From Squalus acanthias (Eukaryota): a DNA stretch of 64,000 nucleotides. The notes beneath the pieces were generated by a model. It saw nothing but the letters and a program-made list of their open reading frames with translations, did not search any database and was not told the DNA's origin. The stretch lies in assembly GCA_030390025.1 (NCBI GenBank), contig CM059438.1, forward strand, positions 69,070,001 through 69,134,000, written 5' to 3'. Position numbers and translations under genes: made by a program. Below, piece by piece: positions 25,367-37,108 of this stretch. The number at the start of each line of letters is the position of its first letter. The stretch's first letter is position 1.

Positions 25367-25463
25367 TGGAAGGTCATCGTCCTGAAACGTTACCTCTGTT
25401 TCTCTCTCCACAGATGCTGCCTGACCTGCTCAGTATTTCCAGCATTTTCTGTTTTTATTTCTG
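25361..25463 (+). mobile_element. Penelope terminal fragment with degenerate hammerhead
   Basis: Homologous to 18045-18145. Core altered to CTGATGG and stem II mismatched. Confidence 0.8.
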
Positions 25464-26036
25464 GAATCTCAATAATAGTGTCACTCCAGGCTTTATATAA
25501 CCTGGAGTAAGATGAACAGTCATCTGAAATATTGATGTATTGTATTTATTCTTTGTTGAATTGTAATCATTCTTCCCAGTTTCTGCCATCACCATAAATT
25601 TTAGCAGTGTTAAAATGTTCAGAAGGGAGTTTGATCAAATTCCTCATTCAGAAAGGAGGAGGAGTTTTTCACAGGAAATAGATGAAAAGTAATTTTCATC
25701 TCACTCTTGCATTCGAATATTAAATGCAATTAATTTTTCTTTCAAGCTCAATAAAAAATGTGGGGAATGCGCTGTCTCCTGCAATTCTTTGAGAAGCAAG
25801 CTTTCACTGATACTTATATATGATATATATATATTGTATATGATGTGTTTTTACTGTTATTAACATTCGGTTCCTTGAATCTCATGACTGTTGAAATGCA
25901 GTCTCTCTTTAGATGGATGTGTGGTGTATTTTGCACATTGGTCTGTGCTGAGGGTCAACAACCACTGAGGACTGAGTGTTACACTCAGTAAATATCTTTG
26001 TTGCCACCCTACAGGAACATAGCACTCAGACCATAA

Positions 26037-26930
26037 GGGGTAAAAATTCACTTGGTTGCGCCTCCCGTTAGCGCCTTAAGAGGGCGCTAATGGGGCGCAA
26101 AGCCGCTAACGCCCGGGCGCAGCGATGTTTGCGCCGCTCGAGAACTTAACTTGAGATTGTGCGGCGGCGCTAAAACTTACCGCTGTGACCACCTGCGCGC
26201 GCAGATTGTGACGTCATTCCATGGTGCAACGCCCTTGTGGCACCCCGTAGCGGAAATTGAGTGGCGCCCCCTGCCTTACCGCCTGGCGCTTCCAACGACC
26301 AGAAGACTGGAACGCTATCAATCGCTGTGGGGCTGGGGGGGGGCGCTATTTAAAGGGGGCCTCTTCCTGTCTTTTATTGTTGGTGGCATTTTTGAACTAC
26401 GCATTCTGAAAGAGAGAGGGAGAGACTTCTGGAGAGATTCAACGTTGTGTGAAGGAGTTTTGGGTACTGAGCAGCACTTTGCAGGTTCATTTTGATTTGC
26501 CATTCCTTGTATCGATTTAGCAGAGACTGTGGGAGCTGCACTCTGAGCTCTTTGCCTGGTACTCTCCATTGTTCTTTCCAGTACATTTGATGTGCAGGTC
26601 TCTCCAGGCCGAGATTCAAGGCAGCAATCAACAGGATGTGGATGGAAAGCAAGATTAACCATCCCCTTTAAGAACTGGCCCGTGCCATTGTGTGTGTGTT
26701 CCATTGCTGACTGACATTACATGAGCTTCGCCAGCGCTCTGAGTTAGCGCCTCACTGCTCGGCCTTTGCACCTTAAGAGAGGTGTGCAGCGCCTGCTTTA
26801 GCGCTCCACTCACCTCCCGGGGCGGTAAAAGTGAAGTTTCCTGTCAGTGCCGATAATTAGCGCCAGGCGCTAATATTTGCGTCCGGACGATATTTGCGCC
26901 CCAAATGGGGCGCGACCTAATTTCTACCCC
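26037..26930. mobile_element. Young Harbinger-type MITE family C (894 bp), copy 1
   Basis: TIRs GGGGTAAAAATT / AATTTCTACCCC with TAA and TTA flanks. Near-identical inverted copy at 38063-38955. Confidence 0.92.
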
Positions 26931-26934
26931 TTAA

Positions 26935-27200
26935 GAATATTAACACAGCAAAGTATGAGAAAAGGCCATTCAGCTAACGTAGATTGTTCCTCTGGTAATC
27001 TAACTCTCCCAGTCTCGCATCCAAGTGCATTTTGAAGGCCCCTAATCTCTCTGTCAACTACCTTGCCTGGGACATTATTCCAAACATTTATCACCCTTTG
27101 GGTAAACAAGTTCTTCCTAATATTTCATAAAATTTAGCTCTAAATAAGATTATGTCTTCTGGTTCTATTAGCCTGATTTTACTTTGAAGCAATAATGTGG
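26935..27200 (-). mobile_element. Old CR1 3' fragment
   Basis: ORF 26924-27109 FTQRVINVWNNVP. Confidence 0.65.
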
Positions 27201-28975
27201 GTTAACCTAATCTATATTTAGGTTTTAGAGATATTAACATAAAATGGCTATTATACAGTGACATAAATGGCTGATATAATATGAATTGTGGGAAAGTGGA
27301 GTTGCCTTAAGTTACAAACGCAGACCGGCACTTCACTTGCAGAGAGGTCGCCAAGGCAACACTGATGAGACATTCCTCATAGCCAGCTAGATGGAACAGA
27401 ATGAAATAAGGAGGAAGAACAGGGCTTTGTCATTAACCATAATATAAACTTAAGCAAGAGTAAGTAACAGAATAGATTAGATTATAATGTGGGATGTCGA
27501 TACCTATGATTGTGACACCATAACAAAAAAATAACAGTCAGCAAATTAGTCTAGGGATAATGAGGGCATGACTTAAGACAAGCGACCGAATGCTGCTATG
27601 TACCAAGAAAAGAGTCCTTGTAAATCGTAGATTCGAAAAGTTCCAGCTGCTTTTGTAAGCTTCCCACCAAAACTAAGCAGAGCAGATAAAGAGGAGTCAG
27701 GTGACATAGATGGATTACTACAGTGTATAATGACTGAGAGCATCTCCTGATGTGAGGGGGCTGGGAGCTGCTTGCGGTGGTGGTGGGGGGGGGGGTGGGG
27801 GGAGGGGGGTGGCGGGACATGGGCACAGCTTGGACTTTGGAAACTAGGGATCAATCTCAGGGCATCTGAAGGTTCCATACAGTGGGCTGACCTGATGAAG
27901 GTTACTGTTGACTCACAGTTATATGTTTGCTATGATCGATAAGATAGAAGCTATATGTTGTATTTCTGAATAAAGTATTAAAGTTGCTGACACGAGACTC
28001 TCGGACCTATTAATTAATAAGGTTAGACGGAGTGGCTAAAATCTGACATATATCATTTAATCTTGTACATGCCTCCTCCTCTCTGTACAGCAGATTCAGC
28101 TTATTTAATCTTTCCTCATGCCTACTGCCCTTTGCCCTTGGGATCAGTTCTTTTCTGCACCACCAAAACTGCATATACCTTTTTCCTTATGTGGTGAACT
28201 ACACACTTGTGTGGTCTGTCTACATTTTAAAGCCTTGGCATAACCTCTTCAGACTTGTACTCTACTGTTCTGGCGATACATCTGTTTGCTTTGCTAATTG
28301 TTTCTCCACATATCTAGCTATGCTATGTTAATTCTATTCTATTCATTGTGTAATTTTTTTTCACCCATTATGTAATACTTTACATTTGTAAGTATTAAAT
28401 TTGACTTAGATAACCTAAGTCCTGCCAATCTTGAATTAAATTTTCTTCCTCTTCTACTCTCCATCATTTTAACATCCAAACCATTCATATATCCACAATA
28501 GTGTTCTACCTGATGAGCATTTTCCAATTAAAATAGAAATATAGGCAATTGAATATGGATCATAGCAGAAATGGTTTGCAAAAGAATTGAGCTTTTCAAA
28601 TTTTTACAGATAACAATGAGCAATTTGCGAATCTTTGCAACACTGCTCAACAATTATTCACTCAATGTTTCATTATGCACAAAAATGCAAAACTTTTAAT
28701 GTAACATTTTACACCAAATTGATCAGGCTGCTAAAGCATCCAGCTTTAATGAGGTAACTTTCAGACGTACCTGCAGGATATGAAGTGTTCTGACCATTGA
28801 AGCCGAACAAAGAGAAATTGGGAGTTGCTTCCAGTAAAAAATTAAGTGGCTTGGTTGGCTAAATTCTTTGCTTGGATCAGCCTGTTATATTTTCAGTCGA
28901 TTTCCCCTGCAATTGTAAATCAGCTTGCCTGCTTCTATTTAAAAATAATGTCCCTAGCGCTGCAGTGGATACAAT

Positions 28976-31478
28976 GGCCCAAAATTTGCGGTCGGAGGCT
29001 TCCCGCGGGCGGATGCCTCCCACCTGTAAAAAAAAATCTACGCATTTACCTGGTGGCCCAGGAGTTATGGGGACTTGCGATCCTGGGCCTCTCCGGGTAC
29101 GTGCGGGCAGAGGCCCACGTATCCTGGGGCGGCCCCACCAATAAAAGAAGGGAATCCCCATTCATACTTATGGGAGTTCCGTACATACGGATGACTTGCT
29201 TCAACATTAAAAATGAGTTCTCAGGTGACTGATGAGTCCAATGCGGGACCTACAGTCTCTGTCACAGGTGGGGCAGACGGTGGTTGAAGGGGTGGGTGGG
29301 TGGGGTGCTTGGGTTGACGTGTGCTCCTTGCGCTTGGTTTCCGCTTGCTCCTGGCGAAGAGACTCGAGGTGTTCGGCACCTTCCCGGATGCTTCTCCTCC
29401 ACTTTGTGCGGTCTTGAGCCAGGGATTCCCAGGTGTCAGTGGGGATGTTGCACTTTTTCAAGAAGGCTTTGAGGGTGTCCTTGAAGCGTTTCCTCTGCCC
29501 ACCTGAGGCTCTCTTGCCGTGTCGGAGCTCCGAGTAGAGCACTAGTTTTGGGAGTCTCGTATCGGGCATGTGGATGATGTGACCCGTCCAACAGAAATGA
29601 TCGAGCGTGGTCAAAGCTTCGATGCTGGGGATGTTGGCCTGGTGCGCCTATCCTGCCAATGGATTTGCAGGATCTTGCGGAGGCAGCATTGGTGGTACCT
29701 CTCCAATGCTTTGAGGTGCCTGCTGTACATGGTCCATGTCTCTGAGGCATACAGCAGGGCGGGTATCACTGCTGCTCTGTAGACCATGAGCTTAGTGCCG
29801 GGTTTGAGGTCCTGGTCTTCAAACACTCTATTCCTCAGGCGACCGAAGGCTGCACTGGCACACTCAAGGCGGTGTTGGACTTCGTCATCAAAGTCAGCCC
29901 TTGTTGACAGTAGGCTCCCGAGGTATGGAAAGTGGTCCACGTTGTCCAGGGCCTTGTTGTGGATTTTGATAATCGGGGGGCAGTACTGTGTGGCGGGGGC
30001 AGGTTGGTAGAGGAACTTTGTCTTATGGACGTTTAGTGTAAGGCCCATGCTCTCGTATGCTTCGGTGAAGGTGTTGACGATGGTTTGGAGTTCGGCCTCA
30101 GAGTTTGCGCAGACACAAGCGTCGTCTGCATACTGTGATTCGATGACAGAGGATGGGATGGCCTTGGATCTGGACTGGAGGCGACGGAGGTTGAACAGTT
30201 TCCCGTTTGTTCTGTAAATTAACTCCACTCCAGCGGGGAGCTTACTGAGGGTGAGATGGAGCACTGCAACAAGGAAGACCAAGAAGAGCGTTAGTGCGAT
30301 GACACAGCCTTGCTTGACCCCGGTCCGTACGTGAATTGGGTCTGTGGTGGAACCATTGGTCAGGATCACGGCTTGCATGTCGTCATGAAGCAGGCACTTC
30401 ACAAACAACCTGACGACTCCCAGTGATGCAGAGACGCAGAGTGTTCACAGCGTCTGGTCTGCACTCAAGGCCTCCATAATCAGCACCTGTGAAGAGACGC
30501 TCGGTCACTCGACCAAGACTGGTTCGACGAGAACGACCAGGAGATCCAGGAGCTAATAAGCCGCAAGCACAAGGCATTCCTGATCTGGAAACAGCAACAC
30601 AACTCGAGAGCAAGAAAGCAGCTCTACAGACGCCTGAAGGCCGAGGTCCAACAAAAAACTCGCGACCTAAAGAACAGATGCTAGGTGGAGAAAGCGCAGG
30701 AGATCCAGCAGCTAGCCGACAACCACGACGTGCGTGGATTCTTCAGCGCAGTCAGGACCATCTACGGCCCAAGCACCCATGGCCCGACCCCACTGCAGGC
30801 CAAGAACAGAGAGGTACTCATCAAGGACAGAGAGGCAGTCAGTGCCCACTGGAAGAAAAACTTCGAAGATCTCCTTAACCGAGACTCTGTCTTCGACGTG
30901 AGTGTCCTCAACTCCATCCCGCAGCATGCTACCTGCCACCATCTCAGCACAACCCCAGCCCGGCATGAGGTTGAAAAGGCCATCCGACAACTGATCACTT
31001 AAAAAGTACACGAACACATGAAATACATTTTTTTTTAATTACATATTTAAAATTAATTAAAATGCCATTTAGTTAAATATTTTAAACAAAAGTTACATTT
31101 TTTGTAAAAAAAATTGTTATGTTTTAACGAGGCTAAAAATAAACTTACATTATTGGACCGGGTTTTTAATGTATAAATGAGTGCTAAAATTTTGTTTTTC
31201 TATTTTTTTAAACTCTTATGCTGGTAAAAGCAGGCCTTATGTCTGCTTTTACCAGGCGTAAGAATTTCACAGGCATTCAGCGGGCGGAAGTTGTGCAAAT
31301 AGTGCAACTCTCCACCCGCGGAGGCCCATCTCCCGAGGATGCAGAGGATCTGTCAAGAGAATTCTTAACAGATCGCAAGTTCCGAGTTTTAGCGCATGCA
31401 CTTCGCATGCCTAAACCCAGAACTTGCGCGGCCCCTACGGGCGCGTACACACCTCGCAGGGGTCGCAAAATACAGCCC
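28976..31478. mobile_element. Harbinger-type MITE interrupted by an RTE
   Basis: TIRs GGCCCAAAATTTGCG / CGCAAAATACAGCCC, with GC-rich ends and AT-rich core like 20815-21558. Confidence 0.78.
29189..30996 (-). mobile_element. RTE-clade LINE with inverted 5' segment
   Basis: Minus ORFs 29611-30408 (TGVKQGC, QYADD, FPYLGS) and 29207-29614 (C-terminal CCHH-like motif). Plus-strand segment ~30395-30996 encodes the upstream linker (KAQEIQQLAD..EVEKAIRQL). Confidence 0.9.
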
Positions 31479-31811
31479 ATACTTTTTTTTGAGTTGTGAC
31501 TCCTGTAAAAATGCACCTCTTTAAAAATAGGTTAAAAAGCATGTCTCAAGAAAATGAGTTGTTGACTGGGATTTGCTGAGTTGATAATAATGAAGATTAT
31601 CTGTGTTCTAGTGCTGCTCATAATACTTAAAGGATAACGAGTGCAAACCTCATTACAGCTGGGCTGATAAATTGTTTGCTCTTGTATCAAGCTTAGAAAA
31701 GCTGCACCTTCTAGAATTGTAGACCTCTGTGTGCCTTCGACAAGTGATGATTATTGTGCCTATAACACTGAGACATTTTAATGAAATTGATAACAGGAAC
31801 TTACTCAAGTA

Positions 31812-31905
31812 TTACATAGTATTTACAGCATAGAAACAGGTCATTTGGCCCAACGGTTCCATGCGGTGTTTATGCTGCACACGAGCCTCCTCCCACCCTT
31901 CTTGA
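31812..31905 (-). mobile_element. CR1 3' tail fragment (a further CR1 piece lies at ~32486-32575)
   Basis: Reverse-strand match to the 3' UTR of the CR1 at 58880-58970. Confidence 0.6.
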
Positions 31906-31910
31906 AATAA

Positions 31911-32485
31911 GGGTGGGGGGGAGGTTGGGGGTTGCAGGGGTGGTGGGGGGATGGGATGAGGTGTTGGATTGGGGGAGGGTGGGGAGTGGGGGGATGTGGG
32001 GAGTGGGGGGAGGGTGGTGATGGGAGGAGGGTGATGGAGGGGGATGGGGAGAGTGGGGGGAGGGTGGTGGGAGGATGGGGGGTGGTGGAGTGGGTGTTGG
32101 AGTGGGGGGGGAGAGTGGCGGGGAGTGGGGTTTGGGGGCTGGGGGGTTTGGTGGGGTGGGCGGGTGGGGGGTGGATGGCCTGCAGGAGTGATTGGAGGCT
32201 TTGTGAGGGGGTCTCCAATTGCGGGGGGTGGGTTAGGTAGGGACCCTGGATCCAGGAGGTAGGTATCAAGACACTTACCTCCTGGATCCAGCAGTCCCGC
32301 CTTGCTGTAACTGCCGGGTTTTACGAATTGTGTGAAACCCGTCGACATGCTGCCCGCCTCCGTCCTGCTTCCTGTCCCGCCTCCGTTAAAACCGGAAGTG
32401 GGCGGGTTGGAGGTGGGTTCAGGTCGGGCATCCCATTTTTAACAAAACCTAAAATCCACCCTTTTTTTTAGGTTAAAATTACCCC
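31911..32485. mobile_element. Harbinger-type MITE half with expanded G-rich tract (31911-32240)
   Basis: End GGTTAAAATTACCCC and internal motifs are reverse-complement matches to 59096-59380. Confidence 0.7.
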
Positions 32486-33924
32486 CAACCTCTCAGTTCT
32501 GGTATCATTATAGTAAATCTATTTTGCGCCTTCTCCACTGCCTCTATATCCTCTTTACAATATGGAGACCAGGTCTGTTTGGAGTAAATAGCTAAGATAT
32601 CTTTCAATGGTTTCCATTTTCTCACAATATATGGATCCAATTGGTTAACACAACAGCTTTCGGAGAAAGCTTGCAGCAACTTCTTACCTTCGTCGCAGAA
32701 ACTAACTGCTATTTGCTTCTGTATTGGGTCATATTTCAGTGAGTCCAGTGGGCACTTAGGTGATTAAGCAATGCTGGACCACAATAATTAAAGTGTCCTG
32801 GTAGATGATAAATAGACCGCTGAATATAATTTGATGGACATTTGTGGATTATCTGCAGAGAGCTATGCAGTGGGGTGATCAGCTGCATGGTTTCTGTTCT
32901 TATGATAAATGTTAAAAACAGTGTATAGAAAATTTGAAATTGGCACCAAAGTTGCAGTTGTTTGTTAAACTCCATGGAGAGTTGGTTGAAACTGCTGGGT
33001 ACTGGAAATATAATAAAAGGATAAAAATACCATCTGATGTGGATGCTGGCTGAAATGCTACATTTTTCATGACTAAGCAGGAGATGAGATAGAAGAAAAG
33101 GTCACCCATCCCGTGGCACTGAAGCATAAGACAGGGGATTGATGCTCCTCTCGGCAGAGTTACTGAGGAGCTTGTTGATCTTCTGAAGCTTTTGAAAAAG
33201 GTAGTTCTGTCGGTAAAGCAGAAGACGTCTATTCTAAGACTAAAACCCATTTTTGCAATTCTGCTCTATTCCACTGAGATGAATCCATTCTCCACCACAT
33301 TACTTCAATAGAGTACAGACGATTAATATCATGGGGGAGAGGAAAAACTGATCAGATTGGACAGACAAATTCTAAGAAGCAGATAATCGTAGGGCTGACA
33401 AATGAGACTGAGGCAGACTATTCTGCACGCCAAGATGAGAGTTGAAGCATCTTGCAAGGACAGCACTGCAAGGTTAAGTGCTAAACAGAATTCAAAGCTA
33501 AGGTGTTGTGAATTGTGCAAGTTTGGGGTTATTCTTCTGGGTGCATTCAGGGTCTGCTAGTTTTTAAAGGTAGCATGTACTTTACATGACTGATGTTGAT
33601 GTGGTCCCATCATGGATGAAGCCAGGTCAATCTTGAGATTTTGGTCTCTACATTGGCTTATGAAGTTGCCTTTTGGATGAGGCCATCTGCCAATGATAGC
33701 CCAATATTTTGGAAGTTGCTCCCACATCCCAAATGAGGAATGAACGCGGGTGGGGGGGTGGGGGGAGTGGGGGCGGGGGGGGGTCAGGGGTGGGGAGAAG
33801 AAAGCAGGCAAGTAAAAGGATCACCTTTTATTTTTAGAGGGAGAAATCTAAAATATAGACCAGATAGCGGGGAGAAGCTCAAATTAAATATAAAATAATG
33901 AAAATAGTCAAAGAAGTAAATCAA

Positions 33925-34057
33925 CTGAAAGGGTGGTGGAAGCAGATTCAATAGTAACATTCAAAAGAGAATTGGATACATTCAAGAGCCGGCACAGGCG
34001 AATGGCCTCCTTCTGTACTATATCATTCTTTGGTTCTTTGATTCTATGATTCTATGA
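33925..34057 (+). mobile_element. CR1 3' tail fragment
   Basis: GAATGGCCTCCTTCTGT followed by (ATTCTATG)n. Confidence 0.7.
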
Positions 34058-34660
34058 AAAAGCAGTTGTCTATCTGAAATTTATTCAACATTTATTTTTT
34101 TCATGTTTTTATTTTAATAAAACGAATTGACATTGGAATACTTTATTGTTGGTTTATTATTGTTCCTTTCAGCATCTTGGGTCATTTCCCTGGACTGCTG
34201 GCAGTCTGACGATTAATTCACTTCGTATTTGGATTTGGCCAGTTTGAAGAAATTGTGGTTGTGCAGATTGCTTAAAAGAAGTAACAGTGACACAGAAGCA
34301 GGTAAGCGATTGTAACTATTGTGGAATGAAAGCAAAACAGAAGCAATTTTTGTTTCCCAATCTTTCCTGATCCTATCCATACAACAAAAATGACACTGCA
34401 AAGTAAGATGTATTTTTGAATCTATGCCTACCAACTATACACTCAAAATCAATATCGAAGAAGTATTGTTTCTGTATTGGTGGAGTGTGAGGGTCAGCTC
34501 AGTTTCTAAAGTGTCTTAGTCTGAAAAGTACCTCAAAAGCCTTTTTCTTAAAATTGCTTTAATGTTGAGCAAGTTGACTTCACAAGTTAAGAGTCTGTTG
34601 GAAATGTCGGATAATGTGACATCAGACCTTAATCATCACATCGGGACATCTTATAATAAA

Positions 34661-35496
34661 GGATTGGATTTTGCCAGTCCTGGGGAGGCGGGTTTGGAGG
34701 CGGGACTGCCGGGAAAATTGCAGAATCTGGGGGCGGGTGCCCAACCCGCCCCCAACCCACCTCTGTGCCATCTTGCCAGGAGGCAGGAAGCCGTCCTGCG
34801 CCGGGTCCCGTCTCCTTGGAGGCGGGAAGGGATTACAGCCACTTAACTGCCTGTTAACAGGCAGATAAGAGGATTATCCCCATTTTGCCCACACAAGTGC
34901 GAGCTACCCGAAGGCTCTGAAACCCGCCAGGGTCACCGAGGCAAGTAGTGGGTCTGCGGTGGTCGGTGGGGGTGCAAAAGTGCACTGTGAAGGTAAGTGA
35001 TGGGTGCAAATGTGGAGAGGTAAGTATGTGAGGTAAGTGGAAAGTGTTAGAAAAAGTGTACCTACCTTTGTTTCTTCCTGCAGGCTTCAGTCGGTGGGTA
35101 TGCGGAGAGTCTCGCACCTCCGCGGCAGAGATGACAGATGGCCGTTGCATTCTCCAATGCAACAACCATCTAATTTCTACAAAAGAAAGAGGTTTGATGA
35201 GGTCTTGAATTCAAGAACTCATCAAACTACAGAGGATGTCAGTGTTTGACAGCTTCACAGAGCTGTCAAACGATGACAATTCATCTGTCAAAAATTTTTG
35301 ACAGATGAAACGTCATACGTTAACGTTCTCTGTAACCGACTTTCCCTTAATTGGCCTGCTAAGCCCGCTGGGTAGGCTTAACAAGGTCAATCAAGGGAAA
35401 ATAGCGTGGGTTGGCCAGAAGTTGATGGAGGCGGGACTGAAACCCGACAAGTGGGAGTCCCGCCTCCAAAAGCTCCCCATTGGCAAAATCCAGCCC
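34661..35496. mobile_element. Harbinger-type MITE
   Basis: TIRs GGATTGGATTTTGCCA / TGGCAAAATCCAGCCC with TAA-like flanks and GGCGGGTT subterminal motifs. Confidence 0.82.
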
Positions 35497-36451
35497 TAAG
35501 ATCCAAATAACAGCAAGATCTGTATATTCTTGAAATGAATCAACTGACAGGGAACTTCATTGATGTCTATACGGTAATAAATGGTATACTGAAGGTTCAT
35601 CTGGAACTGTACTTCAAAAGAAACCATAAAGGTAGGACAAGGCAAAACCGGTGCTAGGCTGTTAATAAAAAGTAATAAACATGTGGAATGGGCTTTCATA
35701 TGGGGTGGTGCAGGCAATAAAAAACCTCTGTAATCATTTAAACAAACAGCTGGATGCCATGGTGAGGGATTGTGGGTTCTTCCTGGATGGTTGAATTTGA
35801 ACAGCTTTCTTCACCAGTTCCTGCCTTCGGAACAAAGAATGTGAAGACTACAAGAACTGAAGTTGAATCCACTGGAAGATGGAGCAAACTTGTGTATGAC
35901 ATGAGAAAACGTGCATTGGTCCTGTGATTTCCTGAGTTTAATTAGTTTTAAATGAAATAATATAACACTACAACTGCATTAAAACAAAGAAGTAGAGTTT
36001 ACAATGCATGCTTGTTGACATGTTCCAGGCCAGCCCATCATTCCTGAAGGGTATCTTTGTTCATTTGCTCGAGTCATAGTAAGAAATTTAAAGAATAAGG
36101 GTGATGCCTAGGATTACTGCATCATCTTAGTTCCTAAATCAATAGTTTTAATCTTGAAATTCACTCCTGCTTTGCTACTTGATTGTTTTGCTGCTTGGTT
36201 GCATCTCACTGAAGATGTTGACTTATTCTCTTTGAGTGGATGTCCAGCATTGAGTAATGCTTCTTGCTGTGACTGTTTCTGATGCCATTCCCATCTTGCT
36301 GTTTTGATGGAGATGTGAAGCTAAATTGAAACACTCTGTTGATTCTGTGTTGAATGACAGAATCATTTTTCTGACAGCATCCTTTTACAGGGGAGGCAGC
36401 GTTTCATGAAATAAGTTTCATTTTGCTATATGAAATTTTCATTGTTTTAAC

Positions 36452-36504
36452 CCACACACACACACCCCCCCACACACCCACACACACACACCCACAAACA
36501 CACC
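36452..36504. repeat. Imperfect (CA)n microsatellite
   Basis: CACACACA runs interrupted by C runs. Confidence 0.9.
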
Positions 36505-37108
36505 AGCCTTACAGTTAATCAGAAAGTTACAAAACTTTCCTCGTAAACAGTGTATTGCTTCATAACACTGAGGCCACAAATTTGCCGGCGCTCAGAGGGC
36601 GGGTTTGGAGGCGTGTCGGGAGGAAGGATCTAAATGAATGACGGCAGGTAGCGAGCCCTGCCGCCATCCCGCCTCCACGCTACTTTACTTAACAGCTTGT
36701 TAACTGCCTTGATCATCTTATTTTAACTGCTTATTCCGATTTTGGAGCATTTTCTGCATGTTGCCCGTCGTCCGACAAACACGCCGGCTGCATTGTGCCG
36801 AGTTTAGCAAGGAGCTGAATTGTTGGCAGCTGCTACAGTTTCAGATGCCACAACTTAGTGCTTTGAGGTTTTGGCAAATATTTTGCAACTCTACTGATCT
36901 TGAGTGTTCACGCTGAGATCAATCTGCAGTGGGACCTCCTTGGAATATCCTCTGGCCACTTTGACTGAGCGCTTGCAACCTCTATTCCTCAACTGAGATA
37001 TATACCAGCGGAATGGGAGCCGTTTACATCCTCTCATCCTGGTCGTCAGATCCGGAGGAAGAGCAGCCGCGGCAGCAGCACAACCAAGCACAAAAGCAGC
37101 AGCAACAG

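Noticed and set aside
31812..32348. Pro-rich and Gly/Trp-rich ORFs of 100-180 aa
   Set aside because: Artefact of the G-rich low-complexity tract, which is open in several frames.
32650..32700. Further hammerhead on the minus strand
   Set aside because: GACGAAGG and CCGAAAGCT pieces are present, but the core is disrupted and the stems do not form.
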